This document shows, in pieces, positions 21,737 through 35,037 of a DNA stretch of 64,000 nucleotides (positions within the stretch are counted from its first letter, which is position 1; each line of letters starts with the position of its first letter). The notes beneath the pieces were generated by a model. The model had not been told where the DNA came from. It saw only the letters and a program-made list of their open reading frames with translations, and did no database searches. Position numbers and translations under genes: made by a program. This DNA is from Blastocystis sp. Blastoise. Its lineage: Eukaryota > Protista > Bigyra: Opalinata. The stretch covers positions 124,001-188,000 of the forward strand of contig JBBPEB010000015.1 in the NCBI GenBank assembly GCA_039096225.1, written 5' to 3'.

Positions 21737-22496
21737 ATAAACATAATAAACATATAGTAATATATATATATATATATTACTATATATACTTCTACTCCTT
21801 TGAATAAGCATTGAACCATTCCTTCGACTGTCTTCTTTAAATCATTAATAACTACATTACTATCATTTATACCCTATAAAACAATATTTATGAACATTAT
21901 AAAAATACAAAAATACAAAAAACAAAAAACAAAAAAAAATTATTTACAGGTAACAACTTGACAGCTTCCATTTGAGTGAAAACAGGGTAATGACGACTGT
22001 CGATAGTGTCTCTACGATATACATCCCCTGTGACAGTGAATGCATCATATCCTTTACTTAAAAACTCAACTTGATGAGCACTAGTATGAGGTCTTAATAT
22101 AGTATCTTTATTGATATAAAACGTATCATTAGAACTACGAGAAACATGATCTTTGGGAATTAACAAGGAATCAAAAGCTTGATATGTAGACACAATTGGT
22201 TTCAAACCATCAATGCATTGAAATTGAGTATCACTTAATCCTTTAAAGTAACTTTCAATGGATTTCTTTATGATATTCAAGGGATGAGAAGGTTGCATAT
22301 AATAATTCAATCCAATCTTTGATTCTATAGAAGGAGTCACATTGAACCACTCATCTTTCTGAATTCCTAAATAATTAATTCGTTTATAAAAAACTTTCAT
22401 ACCATCAAAAACTGAAAAACAACGAATTGAAGAACATCTCAAGATAGAAGACTTTATGTTTAGTATATTTCTTGACGTAGATTTGATTAAAAACAT
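20576..22496 (-). CDS. FARS2: Mitochondrial (monomeric) phenylalanyl-tRNA synthetase, multi-exon
   Basis: [49 protein letters not shown] and [14 protein letters not shown]-terminal anticodon-binding domain ([19 protein letters not shown]). R/S/K-rich presequence. Confidence 0.95.
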
Positions 22497-22650
22497 TATG
22501 AGGAAGACCAAAAAGACATTTAATAAAAAGACATTTTATTAAATTCAGAGCAATCAAGTTCAATTTCAGCTTTTTTTAGATTTTTCTATATCTGTGTGTC
22601 ATTTAATTCATGACAACTCATTTTTGTGTCTTTTATATATTGTTTTGTAG

Positions 22651-24629
22651 ATGATGAGTAAGAAAACATCTGAAATATTCTGGGAGAATACGACTGAAGA
22701 TGCATATGCTTCTTTGTAAGTAGATATTTGAAAACATTTTGATTATAATAGATATTGTCCTTACGTTGTCGGTTTAGCTGATGGTGACCTTCCTAACGGA
22801 GCATTCTTAGAATATTTACATCAAGATTATTTTTATTTAACGTATTTTGTTTCTCTAATGTCGTTTAAGTTTGATTAGTATTTACGAAAAAGCATATCGT
22901 AAAGCTGCTCAGATCTATAGAGATATGGGTAACGAAGAAATGGCTATTAAATTTGATGATTGGGCGAAAACAGCTATTTATGAGCGAGGAATTCATGAGA
23001 AACGAGCTGCTGATCGTGGAGTCACTTTAGATAATATCGTTCCTCTAAAAGCAACTGTGGACTACACAAATCTATTAACAGAAGCCTATACCTCTAGACC
23101 TCTATGTGATATCGTATCTGCTATTAATCCTTGTGGAAAACTGTATTTATTTTGAATATTATTTTTTTTTATAAATGTTTTTGTTAGAATTATATATGTA
23201 TTTATATTATTCAAATAGTAAATATAAATTGTCCATATTCATTTATATAATTTAATTAGATATATACATATATAGTTATTGGTTTGTTGCGTATTTTATG
23301 GTTCATGCTTATGAGGGTTGTAGTAAACATAATTATACCGAATGGATTGACACTTATGCATCCGATTGGATGACCGTATTTATATATTATTATGTTTATT
23401 ATTATTTATTATGTTTATTATTATTATTTATTATGTTTATTATGTATCTATATATATAGGAATTAGTTGAAGTATTAGATCGTATGCTTGATGAACTTCC
23501 TTGTGTATATATAAATATATATATAGTATTATTATACTTATTATTTGATCATTGATTACTCTCAATGATAGGATATTTATCATTATAATATAGGAAGATA
23601 TAGATTCTTTATATCATTACTACAGTGAGGCTATGCGTTTAGAATATGAGTTCTTTAATCAGCAAAGTGGGGTATCTCCTCTTTGGACGACTCAAGTTCT
23701 TCAAAATATATTCATCCATAAGAATGCTTTCTTTAATTATACTCTCAATGTATATTTATTATTTTCTTTATTATATTAGTGTTATTATATATATATGATT
23801 CAATGTAATAATATTTATATATTCAAATATAGAAAGAAGCCATGAATAGTTATAAAGAGAAAATTGAAGAGTATTTTTATATTATTATTATATATGTATA
23901 TAAATGTTATATATATAGTCTTTTAAAGAGTAAAGGTGTTGAAGAAGGTAAGCCTATTGAAGAGAGTGTATTCCAAGAAATCATGAAATCCATTCAAACT
24001 ATTCCTAATCCTTATACTCTTACTACTGTATGTATTTTTTATTTATTATTTATTTTTTTTATTATTTATTTTTTTTATTATTTATTTATATTATTTTTAT
24101 TTATTTTTTATTATTATTCTATATATATCTCTATAAATATATAATATAGGAGGAATATAAGGGTATATCTCGTTTCTTATCGATAGGTAAGGAGTATGCT
24201 CTTCATATTCAAGATGGAAGACAAGAAGAACAAGGTATATATATATATATATATATATTATTCATATTATATATATAGATAAATCCTTAAAGGATCGTAT
24301 ATATATTAGTGGTCCAAGTATTCCTGATATATTCGCGGGAATTGAGAGTGGAAGTGAGTTCCTTCTTTGGGTACGTCCTTCTGTAGAGGATCAGAAGATA
24401 ATGAAACAACTTGGATATACTGTTATATCTCTCTATAGATTAGTAGGAGGAAAAACACCTAAAGAATTGTATGCTTTATAGTATTATTATAATAAATATA
24501 TAATATATAATATATAATATATAATAATATATAGTGCTAAGAAGACGATTTATGTAGTAGAGAATTGGTATGAAATTGGATTTACATTTATTGGAGGTCA
24601 TTATTATTCCAAACAATCTGTATCTATAT

Positions 24630-24662
<33 letters not shown>

Positions 24663-25781
24663 TATCTTGATTATCTAGTATCCTTCTGTTCCCTCCGTTT
24701 GTATTGTGGCGGGAAGTGATTCTGGCGGTGGTGCAGGTATCCAAGTAGATCTTAAATCTTGTACGGCGATTGGTGTATTCAGTACAAATGTAATTGTTGC
24801 TTTAACTGCTCAAAATACTCAAGGTGTGAAAGATATTTATGTTCCTCCAATGTCCTTTATTGAAGAAGAATTCGATTGTGTTCTCAGCGATATAGGTACA
24901 GATGTGATGAAGACAGGGATGTTAGGAACAAAAGATGTGATTGATGTAGTATGTAATATGATCGATAAATATCATGTTACTAAAGTAGTAGTAGATCCTG
25001 TCATGATTGCTACGAGGTATATATATTATTATGGTATTATTGAATAGATATTATTTGATTACTTTATATTTTCATATGGATATATATCTATATATATATA
25101 TGTATATATAGTGGTGATAGTCTTTTAAAGGAAGATGCAGTGGATTCACTTAAAAAGAATCTTCTTCCTCGAGCTTATCTCATTACTCCTAATAAACCTG
25201 AAGTATATATATAGAAATATAGTATTCATTTTTATTTATCTTATATAATATATAATATATTATATATTATATAGGCTGAATTCTTATTAGGTCATCCCAT
25301 AAGCCATGATATAGAGGAGATGAAGAAAGCAGCGAAAGAACTGAGTTCTTTTGGATCCAAATGTGTACTTATTAAAGGAGGACATGTATTATATATATAT
25401 ATATTATATGTAATTCTATTCATTATAATCATAATTTCTCTAGAATAATGAGTTATTAGAAGCTATAGATGTTTTATATATATCATCAGAAGATCAATAT
25501 TATACTTATTCTTCTCCTTATATATATACTCGTAATACTCATGGAACTGGATGTACTTTAGCTTCGTCTATTTCTGCATATTTTGCACTTGGAAATACAA
25601 TTCAAAAGAGTGTTGAATTAGCAAAGCAGTATACAAAATATATTTTTGTTTTCAAAAATATATAATATATTATATATATAGATATATCAGTAATTGTTTG
25701 AAAGAAAGTCGTTATTTACATATTGGTAAAGGAAGACAAGGACCTGTCAATCATTGCTGGCAAACTAGACAATGGAAGTAA
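22651..25781 (+). CDS. Thiamin-salvage fusion: TenA (thiaminase II/aminopyrimidine hydrolase) - degenerate HAD-like linker - ThiD (HMP/HMP-P kinase)
   Basis: GT-AG introns splice in frame into one ORF (checked junction by junction from the start into the ThiD domain). TenA motifs: [21 protein letters not shown] and MRLEYEFF. ThiD motifs: [37 protein letters not shown] and [10 protein letters not shown]. Confidence 0.9.
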
Positions 25782-26298
25782 TATCATAGAATCATATTTC
25801 TATGTTATGAATATATTTTAATTATAAAAACTGTGTTTTGTTTGATTATTTCAAATGAATTTGAATATCTGTAATGGATTCATTTTATTCACAATTCAGT
25901 ACATATATAGATGTCTAAAAACGACACTGTTCAAGATAAATAATTTGTTTTACACTCCATTTCCACATTTAACTACTGTATTTGAAAAATATAACAATTC
26001 ACAAGTGAGTCCAATACTTAGTACGGCCATTTAGATAGAGTTATGCAAAAAGAATGCAAAAAATAATTCTTCAGAACTACATTCATTACTTATTGATACA
26101 TAAAAGCCACTCTATTCTTTATGTACATATATATCATGAAGCAAAGGGAATATAAAAAGTCACATCTATTCGCTATGCTTACAAAAAGTGAAGAAAACAA
26201 CAAAATTGAAATAACAGGTGAAAAGCAATAGATTTCCAAGATTAGATTGTATTTTTAATATATTTATAGAAATTAATTTGAAAAAGTACGTGAATATT

Positions 26299-27141
26299 AT
26301 GAATACAACGGAACCAACTCCTATATTGAATAAAGAGAACCATAGAAAGCCAAGAAAACATGTTACTTGGGATGAAGTTACTATTCAAGAGCAAGATAAA
26401 GAGAGAGGAACAAGACAAAAGATAGATGAACCAGATACTCCATTTGTTTTTAATGCTCCTCGAATGGATGTTACAGATGAAACTCTTCCTAATGGTGAGA
26501 ATGATATAATGAGACGAACCTCTTTTAGTGAAGATAGTGATTGTACGTAGTTTTTAACTTTTTTTCTTATTTTATATTATTATTAATAAGAGATATTTGT
26601 GTGAATTTTTATATATATGTATTTATATAGTAAATAGTCCTTATTCTCCTTCTGATGAGTCAGACAACGTTCATAAAGAAGACAATAAAGAAGTATTCTT
26701 TAATTTAGTTGTTGTATGTTTTATAGTATTATTAAAAAATAATAAAGGTAAATTCATATTATATATAGAATGAGATTACAAAGAAAGTCGAACAAGAAAA
26801 AGATTTGTATTTATCTTTCATTATTCTTTAGACATTGATTAATATTTATAGAGAAGAGAAATCGAAACAACATGAAGAATTCTTAAGGAAACGAAAAGTA
26901 TTATATATATATATATTAGAGACTATATATACTTTACTGTTTTGATAATAAAGAGAATACTTTATATATATAAAATATTTCTTATTCTATTCTATAGGCT
27001 CATTATAATGAATATGTAACAATGAAACATTTTAAAGATGATCAAAAGAAAGAAGTGGAAAAAGAAGAAAATGAAGAAGCTAGTGACGAAAAGAATCAAA
27101 ATAAATCTGAAACGAATGTGGTTGAAAATCATAATGAATAA
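26299..27141 (+). CDS. Protein phosphatase 1 inhibitor-2 (IPP-2/Glc8-like), multi-exon
   Basis: KHVTWDE, KIDEPDTPF and spliced FLRKRK|AHYNEY. Confidence 0.9.
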
Positions 27142-27303
27142 AAAATACATCCATTTCTTACTATTATTATTCTATACAGTATATTTATATTATTTGTTTA
27201 TATTGTTGCTATATATTTAAGTTGATATCATTCATTGTTTTGTATATATCTTAATTTATAAATGGTAATAAAAGAAGTGAAATATGTATTTTAAATAGTA
27301 AAT

Positions 27304-27315
27304 AACAAACAAACA
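27304..27315 (-). promoter_or_regulatory. TGTTTGTT GU-rich 3'-end processing motif candidate (representative copy)
   Basis: Sense-oriented TGTTTGTT or TGTTTTGTT copies lie downstream of several stops: 6394(-), 20467(+), 25834(+), 27304(-), 28480(-) and 48715(-). TGTTTGTT is the motif known just downstream of poly(A) sites in Blastocystis. Confidence 0.5.
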
Positions 27316-27417
27316 AAAAATCCAAACAAAACAAAGCCATATTTCAATATTAACACAGATAAAACATAAAAATTGAAAAACATAAAAATAATAATAAGTT
27401 CTAATAAATACATATTC

Positions 27418-28069
27418 TTAATGTTTAGTATTAGATAGAAAAGTATTTAAGCCTGGAACAGGTGTTTTAATTAAATGGAAATCATATTCTGCTGTTAATA
27501 ATGTTTGGCATAATCTTGGATTCATAGATAATACAATAAATGCTTGATAAGGATTCTTTTGAGCAAGATCTTTCATCTTTAAAAGTAATGTATGTACTTC
27601 ATTTTGAGGAAGTTTAAGTATATATTGATCTGAATTAAATAAATTTTTTGTTTCCAAAAGAAGTGGACAAATCTCAACAGGAACACCGTTCTTTGAATAC
27701 ATACGTTTACGTTTTAAAGCATCATTAGCACTTGCAGTATTTATGTATTCACAAAATCCATATCCAAAGCAAATAGATGTCTCAGGATCTTTTGCAATTC
27801 TACAAAATAAATACAAATGAAATAAAACAAATTTAATTAAATGAATTTATTTAGATTGCACGAAATATATATAAATTATTCATTGCATACTTTATTTTAG
27901 AGATTTGTCCAGATTCAGACAATACTTGAATAACATCTTGCTCATCATATTCTTTATCAACCCCTTGAACTATATTAAAATGTAGTCGAAGTAATAATAC
28001 AATAAACTCTATATGAAAATAAGAATAAAATATACAATAAACAGTCCTATCAGGGTTGAAGTTACTCAT
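27418..28069 (-). CDS. Short (~164 aa) CstF-64/Rna15-like protein: RRM plus hinge, no C-terminal domain
   Basis: Three exons (28069-28036, 27969-27891, 27799-27418). RRM with DPETSICFGYGFCEY. Hinge-like LPQNEVHTLLLKMKDLAQKNPYQAFIVLSMNPRLCQTLL. Confidence 0.8.
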
Positions 28070-28754
28070 AATTCTATAGAATGTGAATTAGCGATAATGA
28101 AATATATAGATCATCATTTACTTTTTAACTTGGGAATAAAATTGTTATATATATATAGATATTAATGGTAATACAAACCAATATTCAATTGTTAGTATTT
28201 TCGTGATTTCTTTATATTTTTTAGTTAAAAAATACTGTTTTCCATTGGTTATAAAAAATACGTTTTTCTTTTTTTGTTATTGCTTTTAATAAACATATAT
28301 TTTTAAAATTTATTGCTAATAAGAAGAGATTAGGATGAAAGGATTCTGAAAAAATAATAAAACATAAATTACATTTAGAAAAATGGATTTTTGAAATCAT
28401 TGATATACTTGAAAATGAGTTATGTTGATTCTGAATGAAGGAGAACTAATGAACAAAACGAATAACAATGAATAAATATAACAAAACAAAACAATTATTA
28501 AAAGAATATATAAAAAGTGTATTCACAAGCGAATACAAAAAGAAAAGTCCCAAGAGAAGATAGTGAAACTGAAAAGAAGAGAAAAAAAAGAAAAACGAAT
28601 ATTATGTTAAAAAAATAAATAATATGAAGAAGAAGAGAGCACCTATAAAACTATATGTATATTTCAGAAGAGTCTAGAAATGATTATAAAAAATATATAT
28701 GTATAGAAGAAAAATAATAGTGTTTAGCATGAAAAATTGTATATATTATTTGAA

Positions 28755-30466
28755 TTAATTATTTTCTGTATCTTCAAGATTATTCGTATCATTTTCTTCA
28801 TTGATAGCTAGTCCTTCTTCGATGTTTTGTTCATATTCTTTAGTATTTTCATCACCTACAGTCTTAAGAGACTTTTTCCCGTGGTTATTCATGAGGAATG
28901 TCACTTGTTCTTTTGGTATTTCAGGCATTTTCAGGATTTCTTTAAGAATATCATTATCTGTGTCATTTTGGCAAAAAACTTTATTTGTATACATCATTTC
29001 AATATATTCTTTGACTTTTGGACTATTTTTAAGATGATAATAACTAGATAGCATATTATAACCGATTCCAGGATAATATTTATACTAGAGAATAGAGAAA
29101 AGTAGAAATATTTATAACTATACAATCTAATTAATAATATATAGAATCTAATTAATAATATATAGAATCTAATTAATTAAAAAAAGAATAGAAAAGTGAG
29201 TATGTTATAAATGAATATTTGTGAATATATATATATATCTATATCTATATACATTGTTGGCATATTGACCAATGAAAACAATATTGTCTTCAAAATTGTG
29301 TGAATCGCATAAAATATCGGAATAAACACGTGCCATGACATAATCCCATGTGACATGATTTTGTTCAATTCTCTATATGAATGAAAATATAATAAAAATA
29401 AATTAATTTTAAATTACTGTAATTTATAAATAGAATTATAAATAGAAATAAATATTAGTTGTATGATATATATATATATATATATATACTTCATATAATT
29501 TTTTGGCCATATTAAAATTATGATCTTGTCTGCATCCATTAAGTAAAGTGGTATATATATATTTATTATAGGAGAACGATTGACCTTCTAAAGCTTTAAG
29601 AAGTTTAAAGCCATCATCTATTTTATGTATATTAACAAAGGCCATCATGATCACATTAATAGCATGAGGATTCTTATATCCCTTATTTAATAATGTACGT
29701 GCATATATCTATATATATATATGTTTATATTAATAAACAGAAGAGTAGATAAATGCACAAATATGTGAATAAAAATATATATTATTTAAAAATATACTAT
29801 ATTAAAAAAAAATAAATAAATAGAATATAAAACTTATATACGAATGCTTTATTATAATCTTCTTTCTTCAAATAGAAATATAATATATTTAATAATATTT
29901 GTTGTTCATATTTCTTGTCATATTTAGATGTCGTAATAATATGTATCAACTCTTCTCCTTTGGTCCAATTCTGTATATATCGATAACATCCTAACATAGT
30001 AATAGATAAACCCATAGATTTATTCACTTTATAATAATCTACCTATAGAATATATTATATAGACAATATGTATATATAAATAATATAATCTTAAAAGCAG
30101 TATAATCATAATATATAGAATAATATATAGAATAATATATAGTAAATAATAAATATTGTTATTCATATAATAACTATAGAATAACTCTTGAATAAGAAAT
30201 ATTAGTATTATGAATAATCTTATAAGTATTCTATGGACATACATCTTCAAGAATAGGGACCATTTCTACTCCTTTTCCTCCTTTCAAACAAATCTTTAAG
30301 GCTTGATTTAACACATATTCATTAATAGGACACTTGTGCTGCTTAGAGCTTGTATACATATGAATCGCTTTCTCATACTCTTTATTTGTAAGACATAAAC
30401 GCATGTATATAGCTAGAGAAGACGGATTCTGCAAATAACCATCTTTTGTTATTATATCCATAATCT

Positions 30467-30506
<40 letters not shown>

Positions 30507-32141
30507 GAAATCATTCTTCATTAACTGATAGTATTATTGATTATATAGAAATATAATATTAAAATAAAATAAAATAAAATAAAATAAAATAAAATTAATA
30601 AAATAAAATAAAATAAAATTAATAAAATAAAATAAATAAAATAAAATAAATAAAATAAAAATAAAACTACTCTATATACATTAACATGTAAATCTTCTGT
30701 TGAGGATGTTAGGGCACGTAGACACACACTATTGACAGGAGAACTCATTTTAAAATGATCTCTTTCTAAGTCTTTATATATATCCCAAATATATTTATTG
30801 CCCTTATTCTTAGAAGCTGCAAATAACATCATTAATTTATATGGATATAAATATTTTAAGCCAAGTTCTCTATAGGCTTGATAGACATCTGTCGCCAGAT
30901 CAAAATCATCATTCTTCTTTGCTAACGCAAGTAAATTACATGCCGTTTGAGAGAAGATTCGAATACGATTCTTTTTCATAAGATAATAATAACGCTTAGC
31001 CTCATCAAAACTACTTTTATTTATATATATACTACATATATTATTCAAAGCAATATCATTTGTACACTAAAAGTAATATAGAATTATATATAGAATTATT
31101 ATAATATAAAGATTACATATATTATATATTATATAAATACTCACAACTAATATCAATATAAAATAGAAGATAATATATATGGAATATAATTATACATAGA
31201 ATAATACAATATCTAGAATAATAATAATAATATATATATACAATTTGATTATCTGTATATAATTTGAGTATTTCTTCTTCTCTTCCTTGGCTAACAAGGT
31301 ATAATATACGCGCAGATATGATGAAGGAATCTTCAGAGACTTGTAACTCTTGCATCTTCTTTATAACATCTTCATATAGAGATTTATCTTCTATATATTT
31401 ACACCCTGTTATTAAATGACAATATGTATGAGGATTTATTATAGGGCAACTCTATATATATATTGAATTAACTAGAGTATTACAACTACTAACAATAGAT
31501 GAATATAAATATATATAAATAATAATAATAGTAATAATAATAATAATAATAAACAATAATAAATAAATATAAGAATAACAGAATTAAAATAATCTATTAC
31601 ATACAAGTGTATATCGAATTAAATTTTCAATAGCACGAAAAGTAATATTATTTTTAGGAAATGATATTAACGTAGAATAAGAGGCAACAGGAAAAGATAT
31701 TTGTAATTTGATAATCGTCGAAACAAAGGAATTCACATGATCAGAACCAAGATTCTTTAAATCAAGAAGTGTAGGAGTAACTAAATCACGAACTGTCATA
31801 TTGAAATGCTTATTAAGCGAATAATGAACAATCTTATTAGAGTTACTCATCTTCAATGTACTATAATGCTTTGATAACGTTAACAACAACGAGTCATCAA
31901 TTCTACCAGAATTACGTTCATATTTACCTAATACATAACAAGCATCTGCTATATCATTTCTCTTTTTTATTGAATCAAGAGCTACTTTGCATTCTTTTAA
32001 AGTTATACCTTCATTTTTATCTATCTTTGACACCAATTGGTTTAACTCTTTCGAAAAGTACCTTTGGAAGAATGACATTGAGCTTGTTTTGCTAATAGAC
32101 GAAACAGAATTCATCTTAAGTACTCGGACACTATTAAACAT
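28755..32141 (-). CDS. Pentatricopeptide-repeat (PPR) protein, probably mitochondrial, multi-exon
   Basis: Repeated ~35-aa helical units (YSTLI, TYCHLITGC, YVLNQALKIC, YIYTTLLNGCRQDHNFNMAKKLY). Presequence-like N-terminus MFNSVRVLK...FFQRYFS. Confidence 0.8.
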
Positions 32142-32847
32142 GATTTTGTTATCTACTCTAATGACTCAATTAAAGTAAATACGATAAAACCGTTTTTCTG
32201 AATAGTTTATTGTTCTGGTACTTGTTTTTTTCTTTTTCTCATGTTTATTCATATTTTCATTTTTTTGAACTATTTCCTTTCTAGATATAAATGTCTCAAT
32301 CGTGATTATGCGTGATACTGTATTTTAAGAACTAATATATATAAAAAAAGAATTTTAATACAGATTAATCATTATGTTGTTGTTGATTTTCAACAAAAAC
32401 TTCTTTTTTTCTCATAAAAAAATTGATATGAATAGCATTATAATATAGTCACAAAAACAAATAAATAGAAAAACATATGCTCTTCTTGTTTTCCTTGAGA
32501 TTATCGAATAATCTTATTATAACTCTAGTATATATGATATATAGACACACCCTAAGTCTTACATAACCTATCATACTGTATCAACCTATTTAATGATAAA
32601 TATGAAACAAATAATCACAAAATGTTCTTCTCTATTTCATATTTTGATTTGTCTGATAAAAATAGTATATATCAACATAGCACAAATGATATGAATTCGT
32701 TTTTTAAAGAAAACTATCTTGACATATGCTGACAAAAAGTCTAAGTTGACAATAACATGAAAACAAACAAACAATTCCCTCAATTTTCTACTTTTCCAGG
32801 AATTGTTTTGGAATTTTCTTATTTTTTTCATTTTGATAATAATTAGA

Positions 32848-33873
32848 ATGCAACGATTAAACAAGCTTATAAAACCAGAATTATTGAAGAGCCTTAATCA
32901 ATCACAATTAAGAACTTTATCTTCAACTAATTTCCCTTCATATATTACGGAAGCACCCTTAACAGAAGTATCTACGCTAAGCAATGGCATTAGAATTGCT
33001 ACAGAAGCTGGATTTGGTAGATCATCATCTGTAGCTTTAGGTATTGATGTAGGCAGTCGATTTGAAAATCCTGCTTCGAATGGAGTTGCTCATTATTTAG
33101 AACATTTATCATTCAAAGGTACTCAGAGACGTTCAAAAAATCAATTAGAAAAGATCATCGAAGATAAAGGATCTGTTTTGAATGCCTATACATCTCGTGA
33201 TATGACTGCTTATTATCTTCAATGCTTTAAAGATGATGTACCTTTCGCTGTTGATTTTATTTCTGATCTTATATTTCACTCCAAGTATATATTATTTTTA
33301 TAGTAAGATTTATGTTTTTTTTTGTATTTATTTAAATATGCTTTGTTATATGTATATATATTGTTATATATATATATTGTTATATATATATATATATATT
33401 GGTATATATATTCTGTTATATATCTATAGATACCCATTAGAAGCTGTAGAAGAAGAGCGTCATGTAATTATTAGTGAATATAATTATATTTTTGAAAATA
33501 AATATGAGTTCTTATTTGATTTATTGCATTCCGTTGCTTTTCCCGCCAATGGCCTCGGATTACCCACTTTAGGACCTCTTGATAATATTAAGAAGTATAT
33601 ATATATATATATATGTAGTTGAGATATATTATTTTTATTATAATTGTTCTATAATATATCCCCAAAAGCATTATTCTTATTTCTATTCTTGTCTTTTATA
33701 AGTATATTTCTTTATATATATATTTCTTCATCTATTTTTTAAAATCTATTTCTTCATCTATTTCTTTATCAATCTTTAGGATTACACGTGACGATATCGT
33801 ACGATTCGTACATTCTTATTATACCGGCAGCCGATTAGTTTTGGCGGGAGCAGGAGGCATTCAACATGATGAA

Positions 33874-33910
<37 letters not shown>

Positions 33911-34248
33911 CTATTTGATACGTGATATATTTGAGATAAAAATACTATATATATATATAGCTTGTAGAATTAGGTGAGAAATATTTGAAGGATGTTGCCG
34001 CTACTCCTGAGCCCGCGTTTATTCCCCCGCCAGCTAAATTTATGCCTGGCTATACCAAATATATGGATGAGGAGTATCCAATAGCCAATGAGGTAATTGT
34101 GTTCGAGAGCTGCGGATGGAATAATCCTGATTCATTCACATTTATGATTCTTTATGTATATATATATATAATGATATTAGAATGTTCATAATAATAATCA
34201 ATATAATAATAATAATAATCGATATAATAATAATAATAATAATAATCA

Positions 34249-34282
<34 letters not shown>

Positions 34283-34565
34283 CTATAGGCAATGTTAGGT
34301 CAATATGACTCGACATCCCTTATGACGGAGACAAATACTCCTTTAACGCGGGAAATAGCCCGCCAAAAGTTGTGTACTTCTCTCTCTACTGTGAATATTG
34401 CGTATAGAGAAACAGGACTCTTTGGAGCGTATATATATATATATATAATAATAATCATATGTTTATAAGTTTATTTTTATACTATTTATTTGCTATTAAT
34501 ATATATATATAGTTACTTTGAATGTTTACCTGAAACAATTGATAGTGCTACTGAATGTGTTATGA

Positions 34566-34609
<44 letters not shown>

Positions 34610-35037
34610 CACTTATCTGTTTATAGTCGTTTAAATCCCTCAAGGAGAACATAACGGAAGAAGATGTTGAGACCGCCAAACAAAGATTTATATTCTCATC
34701 GTTTGTATCAATGGATACTTCTATGAAGAAAGTAGAAGATATTTGTAGACAAGTATATATATATATATATATAATTTATTATTTATAATACTATATCTCG
34801 TTTCTATATATATTATTATTAATATTGATCTTATTCTTTATATATATATAGTTAATTGTTTACGGTCGTCGTCTCACACCTGCTGAAATCATCGCACGTG
34901 TCAATTTCATAACGGTCGATAGTGTACGTGATTTGATTGATCGATATATCTTAAATAAACCAGTAGCTGTTGCCGCTTATGGTCCTGTACAGAAATTACA
35001 AAATAAAGAATGGTTTGATAACTTTTATAAACATTAA
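32848..35037 (+). CDS. PMPCB: Mitochondrial processing peptidase beta subunit (M16), multi-exon
   Basis: STLSNGIRIATE, DVGSRFE, NGVAHYLEHLSFKGT (intact HxxEH), LNAYTSR, YRETGLFG and EDICRQ|LIVYGRR. Presequence present. Confidence 0.9.

Noticed and set aside
32848-35037. Complex III core protein rather than MPP-beta
   Set aside because: The intact HxxEH zinc motif favours the catalytic MPP-beta. A dual role cannot be judged from this window.
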